DNA of 64,000 nucleotides from a virus (Duplodnaviria > Caudoviricetes). The translations under genes and the position numbers were made by a program. The notes below the pieces were generated by a model that saw nothing but the letters and a program-made list of their open reading frames with translations, did no database searches and was not told the DNA's origin. This document shows positions 1 through 7,296 of the stretch, piece by piece. Within the stretch, counting starts at the first letter, position 1. Each line of letters begins with the position of its first letter. The stretch lies in the IMG/VR virus record IMGVR_UViG_3300047539_000055. One strand, given 5' to 3'.

Positions 1-1
1 C

Positions 2-268
2 GAAAACGGGAAAGTTCACGACAAAGTTTATTATATCCAAATTGTTGATGGCCCTACGACTGGTAAGTATACTGTCTCTTTCCAATATGGAGCGCGAGGC
101 GGAAAATTGACTTGGGGAAACCGCGATGGTTCGTGGAAAAAAGAAGATGTAAGTCTGTGGGAAGCAGAAACATATTTTTCTAAAAAGAAAAAAGAGCAAA
201 TAGCAAAGGGTTATCATGTTATTCCTGATCCCGAAGATTTGCTTTGCTTGATTGGGTTTACATTCTAA
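2..268 (+). CDS. WGR-domain-like protein, 5'-truncated by the window edge
   Basis: Manual translation DKVYYIQIV...QYGARG...EAETYFSKKKKEQIAKGY resembles the WGR pattern (K.Y.I.....WGR.G.....A...F....EK..KGY). Confidence 0.55.
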   Translation, partial: ENGKVHDKVYYIQIVDGPTTGKYTVSFQYGARGGKLTWGNRDGSWKKEDVSLWEAETYFSKKKKEQIAKGYHVIPDPEDLLCLIGFTF

Positions 269-279
269 TAGAAAGGTTT

Positions 280-465
280 GGGGAGTTGGTGGAACGGCAG
301 ACACGGCCAGCCAAAAGCTGGTGACTGAGATAGGGCGGGAGGCGCGAAGTGACGACTTCATATGCGCTACTTCCTGTTTGGGTTAGAAGCTACATGACGA
401 TGTATTAAAGACCCTTAACTGATAATCAAAGTCAATTGTAGGTTCGAATCCTGCACTCCCCACCA
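280..465 (+). ncRNA. Oversized tRNA-like RNA (Leu-type scaffold, ~115-nt variable-arm insertion)
   Basis: Acceptor GGGGAGT/ACTCCCC+ACCA, Leu/Ser-type D arm GTGGAACGGCAGACAC, T arm GTAGG-TTCGAAT-CCTGC; 186 nt. Confidence 0.8.
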
Positions 466-482
466 TATTTTGAAAGGAATAA

Positions 483-695
483 ATGAAAATTCTGACTGAT
501 GAGCAACTTCAAAATTTGAACACTCAGCGACTTACTGCCCTAAGACAGCGAATCAGAAACACCGTGTCTTTTCTAAAATCAGATTTTGGTGGTTGCAATT
601 TTGATTTGAATGGAAAGAAATTGATTGCTTATAAACCATATCTAAAAGCAATCAACAAACTTTTGAGGACACGAGAACAAAATGACGAAAAGTGA
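483..695 (+). CDS. Hypothetical protein, paralog of 894..1088
   Basis: RBS GAAAGGA; shares QLQNLNTQRLTALR and YLKAINKLLRTREQN with 894..1088. Confidence 0.75.
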   Translation: MKILTDEQLQNLNTQRLTALRQRIRNTVSFLKSDFGGCNFDLNGKKLIAYKPYLKAINKLLRTREQNDEK

Positions 696-897
696 CGAAT
701 ACGAATTTTTAGCTAAGCTACTTTCGCCTGAGCCACTTTTGTTATATAGAAATATTGAGTATTATGTATTAACAAAGTCTGATGAGGCGATATTACAAAG
801 TGAAATTTACACAACTGTACCTTCATATGTATCAAGGGCGTACACTAAAAAGGGTGTTTGGAAACGGGCGTGTGAAAATCTCGAAAGGAATAAATGA
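682..897 (+). CDS. Hypothetical protein, paralog of 13759..14019
   Basis: YEFLAKLLSPEPL...TKKGVWKRAC vs YEVLARLLSVDPL...TVRGVWKKAC. Confidence 0.7.
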   Translation: MTKSDEYEFLAKLLSPEPLLLYRNIEYYVLTKSDEAILQSEIYTTVPSYVSRAYTKKGVWKRACENLERNK

Positions 898-1088
898 AAA
901 TTCCGATTGATTATCAACTTCAAAATTTGAACACTCAGCGACTTACTGCTTTGAGGGAATCCGTAAAAAATGGTATTGGATTTAGAAATTTCTACACAAA
1001 ACAACCTCCAGAAGCATTATTTCTGAAAAATTATCTGAAAGCAATCAACAAACTTTTGAGGACACGAGAACAAAATGAAAAGGTCTGA
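894..1088 (+). CDS. Hypothetical protein, paralog of 483..695
   Basis: Same RBS/start context and shared terminal blocks. Confidence 0.75.
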   Translation: MKIPIDYQLQNLNTQRLTALRESVKNGIGFRNFYTKQPPEALFLKNYLKAINKLLRTREQNEKV

Positions 1089-1389
1089 ACGCAGAAAATT
1101 CGTTAATGATCTATTGAGTTATTTGGCGTGGATGAAGTCCAAAGAAAATGCTGATAGACTTGAAGACAAAGGTATGATGAAAAGTGGTATTGTCCACGAT
1201 GCTCTTGTTATGACTTTTGACTTTGCTGAAAAAGAAGGAATATCGCTAATTCAAATATTAGATTGGCTCGTGCTTAGTATTTCAAATCAAAGAACTGGGA
1301 AGGTTAAAGAAGATTTTTACAAAATTTGGCAGATAGTTGAAATTCTTGCAGAAAAAGATTTTGAAAAACGGAAAGGTGTGTCAGTATAA
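1075..1389 (+). CDS. Hypothetical protein
   Basis: Overlapping ORF in a tightly packed + strand run. Confidence 0.65.
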   Translation: MKRSERRKFVNDLLSYLAWMKSKENADRLEDKGMMKSGIVHDALVMTFDFAEKEGISLIQILDWLVLSISNQRTGKVKEDFYKIWQIVEILAEKDFEKRKGVSV

Positions 1390-1824
1390 ATGAGCATTCT
1401 CACATTTGACAAACCGAAAAAGCTTCTCTCTCCTTCCGACCCAAGGGCTGGACAACCATATGCTCTAAATATGTCCACCAAGGATATGAACAAGTGGAAG
1501 GCTAAGAAAATTGGCGGTAACGATCCGCGAATTGAGATTCGTAAAAGCATTCACGGTCACGATCCTGCCATTGAAAAGATTCGCAAAACTCGTGGATACA
1601 GTGATGGCAAGAGCAAAGAACCAAATGCATCAGCACAAATTTTGCTTATTGTCCGACCAAACGGGGATACAGTAATGTCTGCAAATGGCCGTATGACATT
1701 TGATGGAAAAACCTGGCACGAGTTGGAAGTCGCACGAAAAGAAGCGTTTATGGAATTGATGCAAGATGAATATCTCGCGACACATCCTAGTGTAAAATGG
1801 AATCCATATTGCACTAATATGTAA
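1390..1824 (+). CDS. Hypothetical protein
   Basis: 144-aa ORF abutting the upstream stop. Confidence 0.7.
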   Translation: MSILTFDKPKKLLSPSDPRAGQPYALNMSTKDMNKWKAKKIGGNDPRIEIRKSIHGHDPAIEKIRKTRGYSDGKSKEPNASAQILLIVRPNGDTVMSANGRMTFDGKTWHELEVARKEAFMELMQDEYLATHPSVKWNPYCTNM

Positions 1825-1844
1825 GCTAAAAGGATGAACACTAA

Positions 1845-2045
1845 ATGAAACAGTTAAAACCAATTTTACGAAAAGGGCCACGATTCTTAATACTTTTTGA
1901 ATTTGATTTGGATAATGCTTCATTTCATCTTGATATCAACCGTGGACGTTGGAGAATTTGTCTTTGGTATGTAGCCCTTAATCTTTTTTGGGGCAAATAC
2001 AGAGATGACATAATTGATATATTTAAAGCTGGCTTGAAGGTATAA
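1845..2045 (+). CDS. Hypothetical protein
   Basis: AAGGA upstream; operon context. Confidence 0.55.
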   Translation: MKQLKPILRKGPRFLILFEFDLDNASFHLDINRGRWRICLWYVALNLFWGKYRDDIIDIFKAGLKV

Positions 2046-2047
2046 CT

Positions 2048-2224
2048 ATGATTGCTCTCGCGTTACACATTACGTTTGATTTTTTGATAATTGCAGTTGG
2101 ATTTTATATCTTTGCGGCAACTCGTGGATCACGCAATTTCTATCCACTAGTAGCAGGAATGATTGTTGCTTTTGGAATTATGCGCCTCTATGTTTTGCTG
2201 CAGATTTTTTTCTGGTTTCTATGA
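2048..2224 (+). CDS. Small membrane protein (two hydrophobic segments)
   Basis: Manual translation MIALALHITFDFLIIAVGFYIFAA...VAGMIVAFGIMRLYVLLQIFFWFL; fills the gap between neighbours. Confidence 0.6.
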   Translation: MIALALHITFDFLIIAVGFYIFAATRGSRNFYPLVAGMIVAFGIMRLYVLLQIFFWFL

Positions 2225-2451
2225 CAATCGCTGATGCTGTTGATAAGAACGAAACAAGCATTCAAATTGGAGATTATGTAAAATTTGAATTGTTATATCA
2301 TCAAATTGTTGCTGGCGTAATCATTGATATTACTGTCAAAAGGATTCTTACAGTTGTTATTCTTCGCCTAGATAAACAGTATTTCCGAAGAAATTATTTG
2401 GTTGAAAAAATAACTGACGCCGAGTATATGTTGTTCATGCTGGAGCAATAA
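2221..2451 (+). CDS. Small SH3/KOW-like paralog-family protein
   Basis: DKN..I.IGD.V N-terminus; C-terminal ITDAEYMLFMLE motif. Confidence 0.65.
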   Translation: MTIADAVDKNETSIQIGDYVKFELLYHQIVAGVIIDITVKRILTVVILRLDKQYFRRNYLVEKITDAEYMLFMLEQ

Positions 2452-2711
2452 TGAAGCAAAAATATTACGACAAGAATAGCAGGGAACTGAAAATTGGTCA
2501 ACTTGTTGCGACTAGATATAATAATGCTATCGGAAAACTCATTAGAATTTCTCCAGATGATGGAGAAATTTATTGTTATCTTAAATATTACGCGGTCGCT
2601 CAGCGGCCCCACTGGAAGTCCAAGTATAAAGATAATATTGATGGTTGGTATCCAGATGGCTTGACCATTATAACAGATGAAGAGGCAATGTTATGGATGT
2701 TGGAGAACTAA
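2451..2711 (+). CDS. Small SH3/KOW-like paralog-family protein
   Basis: DKNSRELKIGQLV...ITDEEAMLWMLEN. Confidence 0.65.
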   Translation: MKQKYYDKNSRELKIGQLVATRYNNAIGKLIRISPDDGEIYCYLKYYAVAQRPHWKSKYKDNIDGWYPDGLTIITDEEAMLWMLEN

Positions 2712-3118
2712 TGATAAAAGAAATGAAAGGATTTTGCTTCTTGTTTAGCGAAACCGGAACCGAAGGTGGTTGGTGGGCAATGCAAGAAGATGGCTTCATG
2801 GATAAAGATGGAATCCACTGTAGTTATGATGGATTGCGTGAACTTCAAGAGAACGATGATTTTACCGTGTATACTGAAGACGGAAGTATATTATGGCAAG
2901 GTATCATTCATCAAGATAAGAAAACTAATCTAATTCCACGACAAGTGCTTAACAAAAAAGGTAAGATAGTAAATAGTCGAAAGTGGAAACAACAAATGGT
3001 GTCCTATATGTGGGTACATTGGTTACAAGCCAAGGTTGACCCTGAAGTTTGGAATGAATTATTTGCTGGTAATAAACGATGCTTACTCAAAAGGGAAAAC
3101 GATGAAACAGTATCCTGA
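2711..3118 (+). CDS. Hypothetical protein
   Basis: GGAG RBS before MIKEMKG; FSETGTEGGWWAMQ motif. Confidence 0.7.
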   Translation: MIKEMKGFCFLFSETGTEGGWWAMQEDGFMDKDGIHCSYDGLRELQENDDFTVYTEDGSILWQGIIHQDKKTNLIPRQVLNKKGKIVNSRKWKQQMVSYMWVHWLQAKVDPEVWNELFAGNKRCLLKRENDETVS

Positions 3119-3701
3119 AATCGACGGCAGTAACAAAGCACCAATTGGTGCCTCTTGCTTGGCATTTGTCAAGTATGATGGTAGCAATTTGCGATGGGAA
3201 TGGTCGTCTAAAAAGGGATGGTATAAATTTGGGACTAGAACTCGACTTTTTGATCATACTGATGAAATTTTTGCAGAAGCGATCCCGCTATTTCAGGACA
3301 CACTTGGGCCAGAACTTGAAAGACGAATCAAGGAGATTGAACGTGGTATACAGAATGCAATTGTTTTTACTGAATTTTTTGGTCAAAATAGTTTTACAGG
3401 CATCCACAATCCAACCGATACAAAAGAGTTGAGATTGTTTGACGTAAATCTCTACAAGCGTGGTATAATGAAGCCACGACAGTTTTTGAAGAATTTTGAT
3501 GATTTACCATTTTCCGCACAAGTAGTTTACGATGGAACACTCAACCAGGATTTCATTAGCGATGTTCGTAATGGTGTTTATTCTGTGGTTGAGGGAGTCG
3601 TTGCCAAGGGCGATGATTTTATGTGCAAAATCAAAACAAATACATACTTGACCAAATTGAAGGAGACTTATCATGACGGATGGAAAAATTACTGGGAATA
3701 A
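3102..3701 (+). CDS. RNA ligase 2-like adenylyltransferase (compact)
   Basis: Motif I KYDGSN, then FGTR, FTEFFG, LFDV, EGVV and KIK in canonical ligase order. Confidence 0.7.
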   Translation: MKQYPEIDGSNKAPIGASCLAFVKYDGSNLRWEWSSKKGWYKFGTRTRLFDHTDEIFAEAIPLFQDTLGPELERRIKEIERGIQNAIVFTEFFGQNSFTGIHNPTDTKELRLFDVNLYKRGIMKPRQFLKNFDDLPFSAQVVYDGTLNQDFISDVRNGVYSVVEGVVAKGDDFMCKIKTNTYLTKLKETYHDGWKNYWE

Positions 3702-3939
3702 AGTTAACCCAAAAATTTTGAATCAAATGAATGATTTGATCGTAGAAGTATTGACACTCAAGCAATTGTATTTAGATGGCGATCTAACCTCTGCGTATGA
3801 GCAACTTACAAAAATTGCGGATACTGGCGGTGATATTTGTGATAAACTTGGAGATGAGCAAGACGATGATTTTGATTATGAAGCGTTTAAAAATTTGCCT
3901 CCAAAGAATCCTGATCTACAATTGAAAAGGAAATCATGA
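3673..3939 (+). CDS. Hypothetical protein
   Basis: GGAG RBS; overlapping operon ORF. Confidence 0.55.
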   Translation: MTDGKITGNKVNPKILNQMNDLIVEVLTLKQLYLDGDLTSAYEQLTKIADTGGDICDKLGDEQDDDFDYEAFKNLPPKNPDLQLKRKS

Positions 3940-4169
3940 TTATTAATTTTGAAAGAATTAAAAAAGCCTCAAACGCAATACATCCAAGACAAAAACATCA
4001 TTACGAAATATCGTTTGAATATTGGACGCTTGCACGAACCGAAAGCCGTACATTAGCATTTATTGTTTGGTGGTTGCTTAAAATATGGAGATTCGGCAAC
4101 GGATGTTGCTTGGCAATATTTCTTGACAAACATTATGTTGAAACGATAAGACCAAAAAGAGAATTTTGA
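3936..4169 (+). CDS. Hypothetical protein
   Basis: AAGGA RBS; ATGA overlap. Confidence 0.55.
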   Translation: MIINFERIKKASNAIHPRQKHHYEISFEYWTLARTESRTLAFIVWWLLKIWRFGNGCCLAIFLDKHYVETIRPKREF

Positions 4170-4179
4170 AAGGATAATT

Positions 4180-4452
4180 ATGAAATTGTTAAGTACCCTA
4201 TTACTCATTTTTATATGTGCTTGCGGGAGTTCAAAATCATGGAATCCCGAAGTTAAAAAGGCTGTATATATCCGTCAATATTGTGTTGCGGTTAAAACTG
4301 TAAAAGCAGGAAAAAATTGGAGTGAGTATTCTAACGGCGAGGTTTTTCACGAAGCAGGAAAGTTCTATCAATGTCCAAATATAGATAATCAGATATTTTT
4401 AGGTGATGATGAAATTCAACCAACTGATCCACAAGTAATTTACAATCAATAA
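4180..4452 (+). CDS. Putative lipoprotein
   Basis: MKLLSTLLLIFICAC signal with lipobox-like Cys. Confidence 0.6.
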   Translation: MKLLSTLLLIFICACGSSKSWNPEVKKAVYIRQYCVAVKTVKAGKNWSEYSNGEVFHEAGKFYQCPNIDNQIFLGDDEIQPTDPQVIYNQ

Positions 4453-4462
4453 GGATCAAAAT

Positions 4463-4828
4463 ATGACCACGGAACAAAAAGAGAAATCAACGCAATGTCG
4501 CAGTATGAAATGTGTAAATTGTGGAGATTTGCGAAGTGTCCACATCCTCTACTTCAAGATGATACTGGCGATTATTTTGCACACAAGTTATTTCAAGACT
4601 ATGGCGGATTTACACCTGAAATCAGTAAAAGTATTGGATGGAATCGTGAAAAATAAACTAATCAAATTTTGGCAAGCATGTTGCACTTTTATAAAGGCAT
4701 TTCAAGGTCCAGTTATGTGTGATATTGAACGAGATATGGCTGAAGATCGTAGGAAATGTCTAAAAGACGAAAATTTTAACAACTTTTTGCCATTATTGAC
4801 AAAAAACCCCTTGACAAATGATAAATAA
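4463..4828 (+). CDS. Hypothetical protein (frame uncertain)
   Basis: AAGGA RBS; ORF runs into the downstream promoter. Confidence 0.4.
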   Translation: MTTEQKEKSTQCRSMKCVNCGDLRSVHILYFKMILAIILHTSYFKTMADLHLKSVKVLDGIVKNKLIKFWQACCTFIKAFQGPVMCDIERDMAEDRRKCLKDENFNNFLPLLTKNPLTNDK

Positions 4829-4839
4829 CTGTGTATACT
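4811..4839 (+). promoter_or_regulatory. Sigma70-type promoter for the leader and tRNA array
   Basis: TTGACA (4811-16), 17-nt spacer, TATACT (4834-39). Confidence 0.85.
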
Positions 4840-4860
4840 AATAATTGAAGGTTAGGAAAA

Positions 4861-4947
4861 ATGACGCTATTTAGTACATCTCGCCCCACACTTGCAAACT
4901 ACCGCTCATGCGCTAGTCAATTTGCACCATTTGGTGGAGGCATGTAA
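4861..4947 (+). CDS. 28-aa leader peptide MTLFSTSRPTLANYRSCASQFAPFGGGM of a putative attenuator
   Basis: AGGTTAGGA RBS ~20 nt after the -10 box; stop codon abuts the antiterminator arm. Confidence 0.75.
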   Translation: MTLFSTSRPTLANYRSCASQFAPFGGGM

Positions 4948-4979
4948 GAGGTTTGGATAGTAGTATTTTTCCAGCCTCT
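4947..4979 (+). promoter_or_regulatory. Putative antiterminator hairpin
   Basis: AGAGGTTTGGA (4947-57) pairs with TCCAGCCTCT (4970-79) and sequesters the 5' arm of the terminator. Confidence 0.65.
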
Positions 4980-5008
4980 AGCCAAAAGTTAGAGGCTTTT
5001 GAGTTTTT
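4973..5008 (+). terminator. Intrinsic terminator (attenuator) just before the first tRNA
   Basis: AGCCTCTAGC-CAAAA-GTTAGAGGCT followed by TTTGAGTTTTT. Confidence 0.75.
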
Positions 5009-5022
5009 GGAGTAAAAATTTT

Positions 5023-5100
5023 GGGTCATGGGACTGCTTGGCGTGGTCGTCTCACTTGCAATGAGAAATTCGAAGGGTTCAAATCCCTTATGATCCACCA
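5023..5100 (+). tRNA. tRNA-Ala(TGC)
   Basis: Cloverleaf, G3:U70, loop CTTGCAA, encoded CCA. Confidence 0.92.
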
Positions 5101-5115
5101 AAATTTTGTTGTAAT

Positions 5116-5203
5116 GCAAGTATGGGTGAGTGGCTAAAACCGTTTGTCTGTAAAACAAATGCCCCCTGGGGCTACGAAAGTTCGAATCTTTCTGCTTGCA
5201 CCA
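5116..5203 (+). tRNA. tRNA-Tyr(GTA)
   Basis: Type II cloverleaf, loop CTGTAAA, CCA. Confidence 0.93.
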
Positions 5204-5210
5204 AGTTTTG

Positions 5211-5310
5211 TAGCATGTTCGTCTAAGGCGCTGAATTTCTCGTAAGCCTTGAGAATTCGAGGACATTTATCTCAGGATAAATAATGCAACTTCGCCAACT
5301 GCACATGCTG
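5211..5310 (+). ncRNA. Unassigned structured spacer RNA
   Basis: Closing stem TAGCATGT/ACATGCTG with internal hairpins GAATTTCTC/GAGAATTC and ATTTATC/GATAAAT. Confidence 0.5.
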
Positions 5311-5324
5311 TGAAGAGAATTTAT

Positions 5325-5399
5325 GGGTCGGTAGCTTAATTGGGAAAGCAGTTCTTTCGCAAAGAACAAGATGGAGTTCAACTCTCCCCGTATCCACCA
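5325..5399 (+). tRNA. tRNA-Ala(CGC), irregular acceptor/T stem
   Basis: Loop TTCGCAA, G3:U70, CCA; bulge in the acceptor stem. Confidence 0.8.
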
Positions 5400-5474
5400 A
5401 TTTGCTGGGCGTAAGCAAGTAGGCCACAAATTTATTTGAGTCGATTCGGTGTTCAGCAAAATATTAGAGGTACA

Positions 5475-5654
5475 ATGCGAAGAGAAACAGAAGATGGTTA
5501 TCGCAGAACGAATAGAGAAATGGTGCAAGAACCAAAAGGGTCTGGAATTTGTCCCTGTGACCGATTTTGGGTAAGAAGTGGTTCTAAATGTCCTTTCTGT
5601 GGTTGTAGAATGGATTTGAAGAAGACTATGAAAAAGATTGTTGTAAAAGATTAA
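5475..5654 (+). CDS. Small Cys-rich (zinc-ribbon-like) protein
   Basis: AGAGG RBS; CPC...CPFCGC. Confidence 0.55.
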   Translation: MRRETEDGYRRTNREMVQEPKGSGICPCDRFWVRSGSKCPFCGCRMDLKKTMKKIVVKD

Positions 5655-5658
5655 ATAT

Positions 5659-5733
5659 GGTCCCATAGCTCAATGGACAGAGTACCGGTTTACGAAACCG
5701 ATGATACAGATTCGACTTCTGTTGGGATCACCA
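5659..5733 (+). tRNA. tRNA-Arg(ACG)
   Basis: Loop TTACGAA, CCA. Confidence 0.9.
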
Positions 5734-5760
5734 AGTTTAGAATGAGGATACACTATTACA

Positions 5761-6327
5761 ATGATAAAAATAAGACAATGTAAACATTGTAATGTTCAAA
5801 TAGAAAGTGGAGTTTCAGATTTTGCCAATCATACTAGATGGTGTGCTAAAAATCCAAAGGTTGCAGATTATAAAAAAGATAATGCAACACGAGGACAAAA
5901 AATAATTGCATCAAGATTTGGTACATTTCAAAATTATGATGTAAAATGCAACGTATGTTCTAAATGTTTTCAAGTCAATGAACGAGAAAAAATTTTTCCA
6001 AGTAAGAAAAAATATTTCTGTTCTAAAATATGTGCTTGCTCTGTTGGTGGAAAGGCAAGAGCAATCAAACATTACTTGGCAGACTCAGATGTAAGTTATT
6101 TAGTGGTGGCTTGGAGATATCATGAAAGAAAATGTGTTGTTTGTAAAGAAGTAAATGTTGTTGCTGTTCATCATTTAAATGGAAATCATGATGATAATGA
6201 TCCAAAAAATTTAGTTCCGTTATGTCCTACGCATCATACATATATGCATAGCAGACATAAAACAAAGATTATCAATATAGTCAATGACTATGTTGTAAAG
6301 AAATGGAGTTTGAAATATGGGTCGTAG
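5761..6327 (+). CDS. HNH homing endonuclease
   Basis: CVVC...VHHLNGNHDDNDPKNLVPLCPTHH; N-terminal zinc fingers. Confidence 0.85.
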   Translation: MIKIRQCKHCNVQIESGVSDFANHTRWCAKNPKVADYKKDNATRGQKIIASRFGTFQNYDVKCNVCSKCFQVNEREKIFPSKKKYFCSKICACSVGGKARAIKHYLADSDVSYLVVAWRYHERKCVVCKEVNVVAVHHLNGNHDDNDPKNLVPLCPTHHTYMHSRHKTKIINIVNDYVVKKWSLKYGS

Positions 6328-6398
6328 GACTACTTGGGGTGGTCGCTTTCATGGCATGAAAGATACTCAGGTGGGTTCAATTCCCACACGATCCACCA
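6319..6398 (+). tRNA. tRNA-Ala(GGC)
   Basis: Loop ATGGCAT, G3:U70, CCA. Confidence 0.88.
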
Positions 6399-6400
6399 AG

Positions 6401-6498
6401 TTTGTACGATGATGTGGAAACACATTGACGGTGGTAATCAATTCGGAATGTGAGGGAGGACACCACCCGATAGCACATAAAACGAATCGTCGTACAAA
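6401..6498 (+). ncRNA. Unassigned structured spacer RNA
   Basis: 13-bp closing stem TTTGTACGATGAT/ATCGTCGTACAAA, GAAA-tetraloop hairpin, GTGGT/ACCAC stem. Confidence 0.55.
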
Positions 6499-6502
6499 AA
6501 TT

Positions 6503-6585
6503 TTAGCTCCGAATACTACCTTACGCTTCTGGCCTCTCACACAGTCATGCCATTGAAAGTTGAAGTATTGGAAAATCGGAACTAA
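6503..6585 (+). ncRNA. Unassigned structured spacer RNA
   Basis: TTAGCTCCGA/TCGGAACTAA and AATACT/AGTATT stems. Confidence 0.4.
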
Positions 6586-6590
6586 GTTTT

Positions 6591-6668
6591 AAGCAATTGT
6601 TATGACAAGCAAACCTAGACTTTGAATCTATGGTAATACCAAAAAGTTTTACAGTCATAAAATTGTTT
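6591..6668 (+). ncRNA. Stem element presenting a Gln(TTG)-like anticodon hairpin
   Basis: AAGCAATT/AATTGTTT and TTATGAC/GTCATAA enclose TAGA-CTTTGAA-TCTA. Confidence 0.45.
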
Positions 6669-6675
6669 GTAATAC

Positions 6676-6748
6676 GTCCCAGATTGTTGGGTCATGAGTT
6701 GGATTTGAAGCCAAACATGGACAGGTTCAATTCCTGTTAGGGACGCCA
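6676..6748 (+). tRNA. Degenerate tRNA-like gene (Gln TTG-like, 8-nt loop)
   Basis: Intact T arm ACAGG-TTCAATT-CCTGT, GTCCC/GGGAC acceptor, G73-CCA; TTGG/CCAA stem with loop ATTTGAAG; poor D arm. Confidence 0.55.
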
Positions 6749-6762
6749 AATTTAGTAGTTTT

Positions 6763-6846
6763 GCCCGAATGGTGGAATGGCAGACATAATGCGCTTAGAA
6801 CGCATCGCCGCAAGGCATGGGGGTTCAAATCCCTCTTCGGGTACCA
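6763..6846 (+). tRNA. tRNA-Leu(TAG)
   Basis: Type II, loop CTTAGAA, CCA. Confidence 0.93.
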
Positions 6847-6862
6847 AATTTGAAGGAGTGTT

Positions 6863-7078
6863 ATGAAACTAATTCAGGCACTAATCAAGCAAGGAAATAG
6901 CCATATGATTACTTGGCTACCAGCAGATCGAAGATTGAAACTCGGCTGTGAAATTGAACTTGATAAAGATGTAAACGATAGATGGAAGATTAGTGAATTG
7001 TATATGACCACGGATTCAGAAAATATTCAACGTGGTTGGGGTTTGAATCTTCCAAAGAGTGTAAGAACTGAGTTATAA
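6863..7078 (+). CDS. Hypothetical protein
   Basis: AAGGAG RBS. Confidence 0.7.
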   Translation: MKLIQALIKQGNSHMITWLPADRRLKLGCEIELDKDVNDRWKISELYMTTDSENIQRGWGLNLPKSVRTEL

Positions 7079-7222
7079 AATCTCAGTAGGGGTCGGGCAC
7101 GTAAATCCTCTAGCATTTGGCAGTGATCCGTTCCGTTGTATAATTGGCTGGCCACCTTTGATATGATGCAGGGATTTGAGTAAGTCCTATAAATGTTCCG
7201 TCTAGCGACGGCTTAGTTTTAT

Positions 7223-7296
7223 CAGGGGGTAGTGTAGAGGCAGCATCCAAGTTCTGGAAACTTGTGGCGGAATATCGTAATTTCCTTCCCTGACCA
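7223..7296 (+). tRNA. tRNA-Pro(TGG), atypical
   Basis: C1:G72, A73, loop TCTGGAA (C33, A37), T loop ATCGTAA. Confidence 0.72.

Noticed and set aside
280-465. tmRNA or group I intron-containing tRNA-Leu
   Set aside because: Too short, G3:C70, full D arm, no tag ORF; the insertion is in the variable arm and I see no group I core motifs
5218-5262. Pistol-ribozyme resemblance (TCG-TCTAAGG-CG...TAAG-CCTTGA)
   Set aside because: Lacks the AAA linker, the GCG after the pseudoknot and the P3/GU cleavage arrangement
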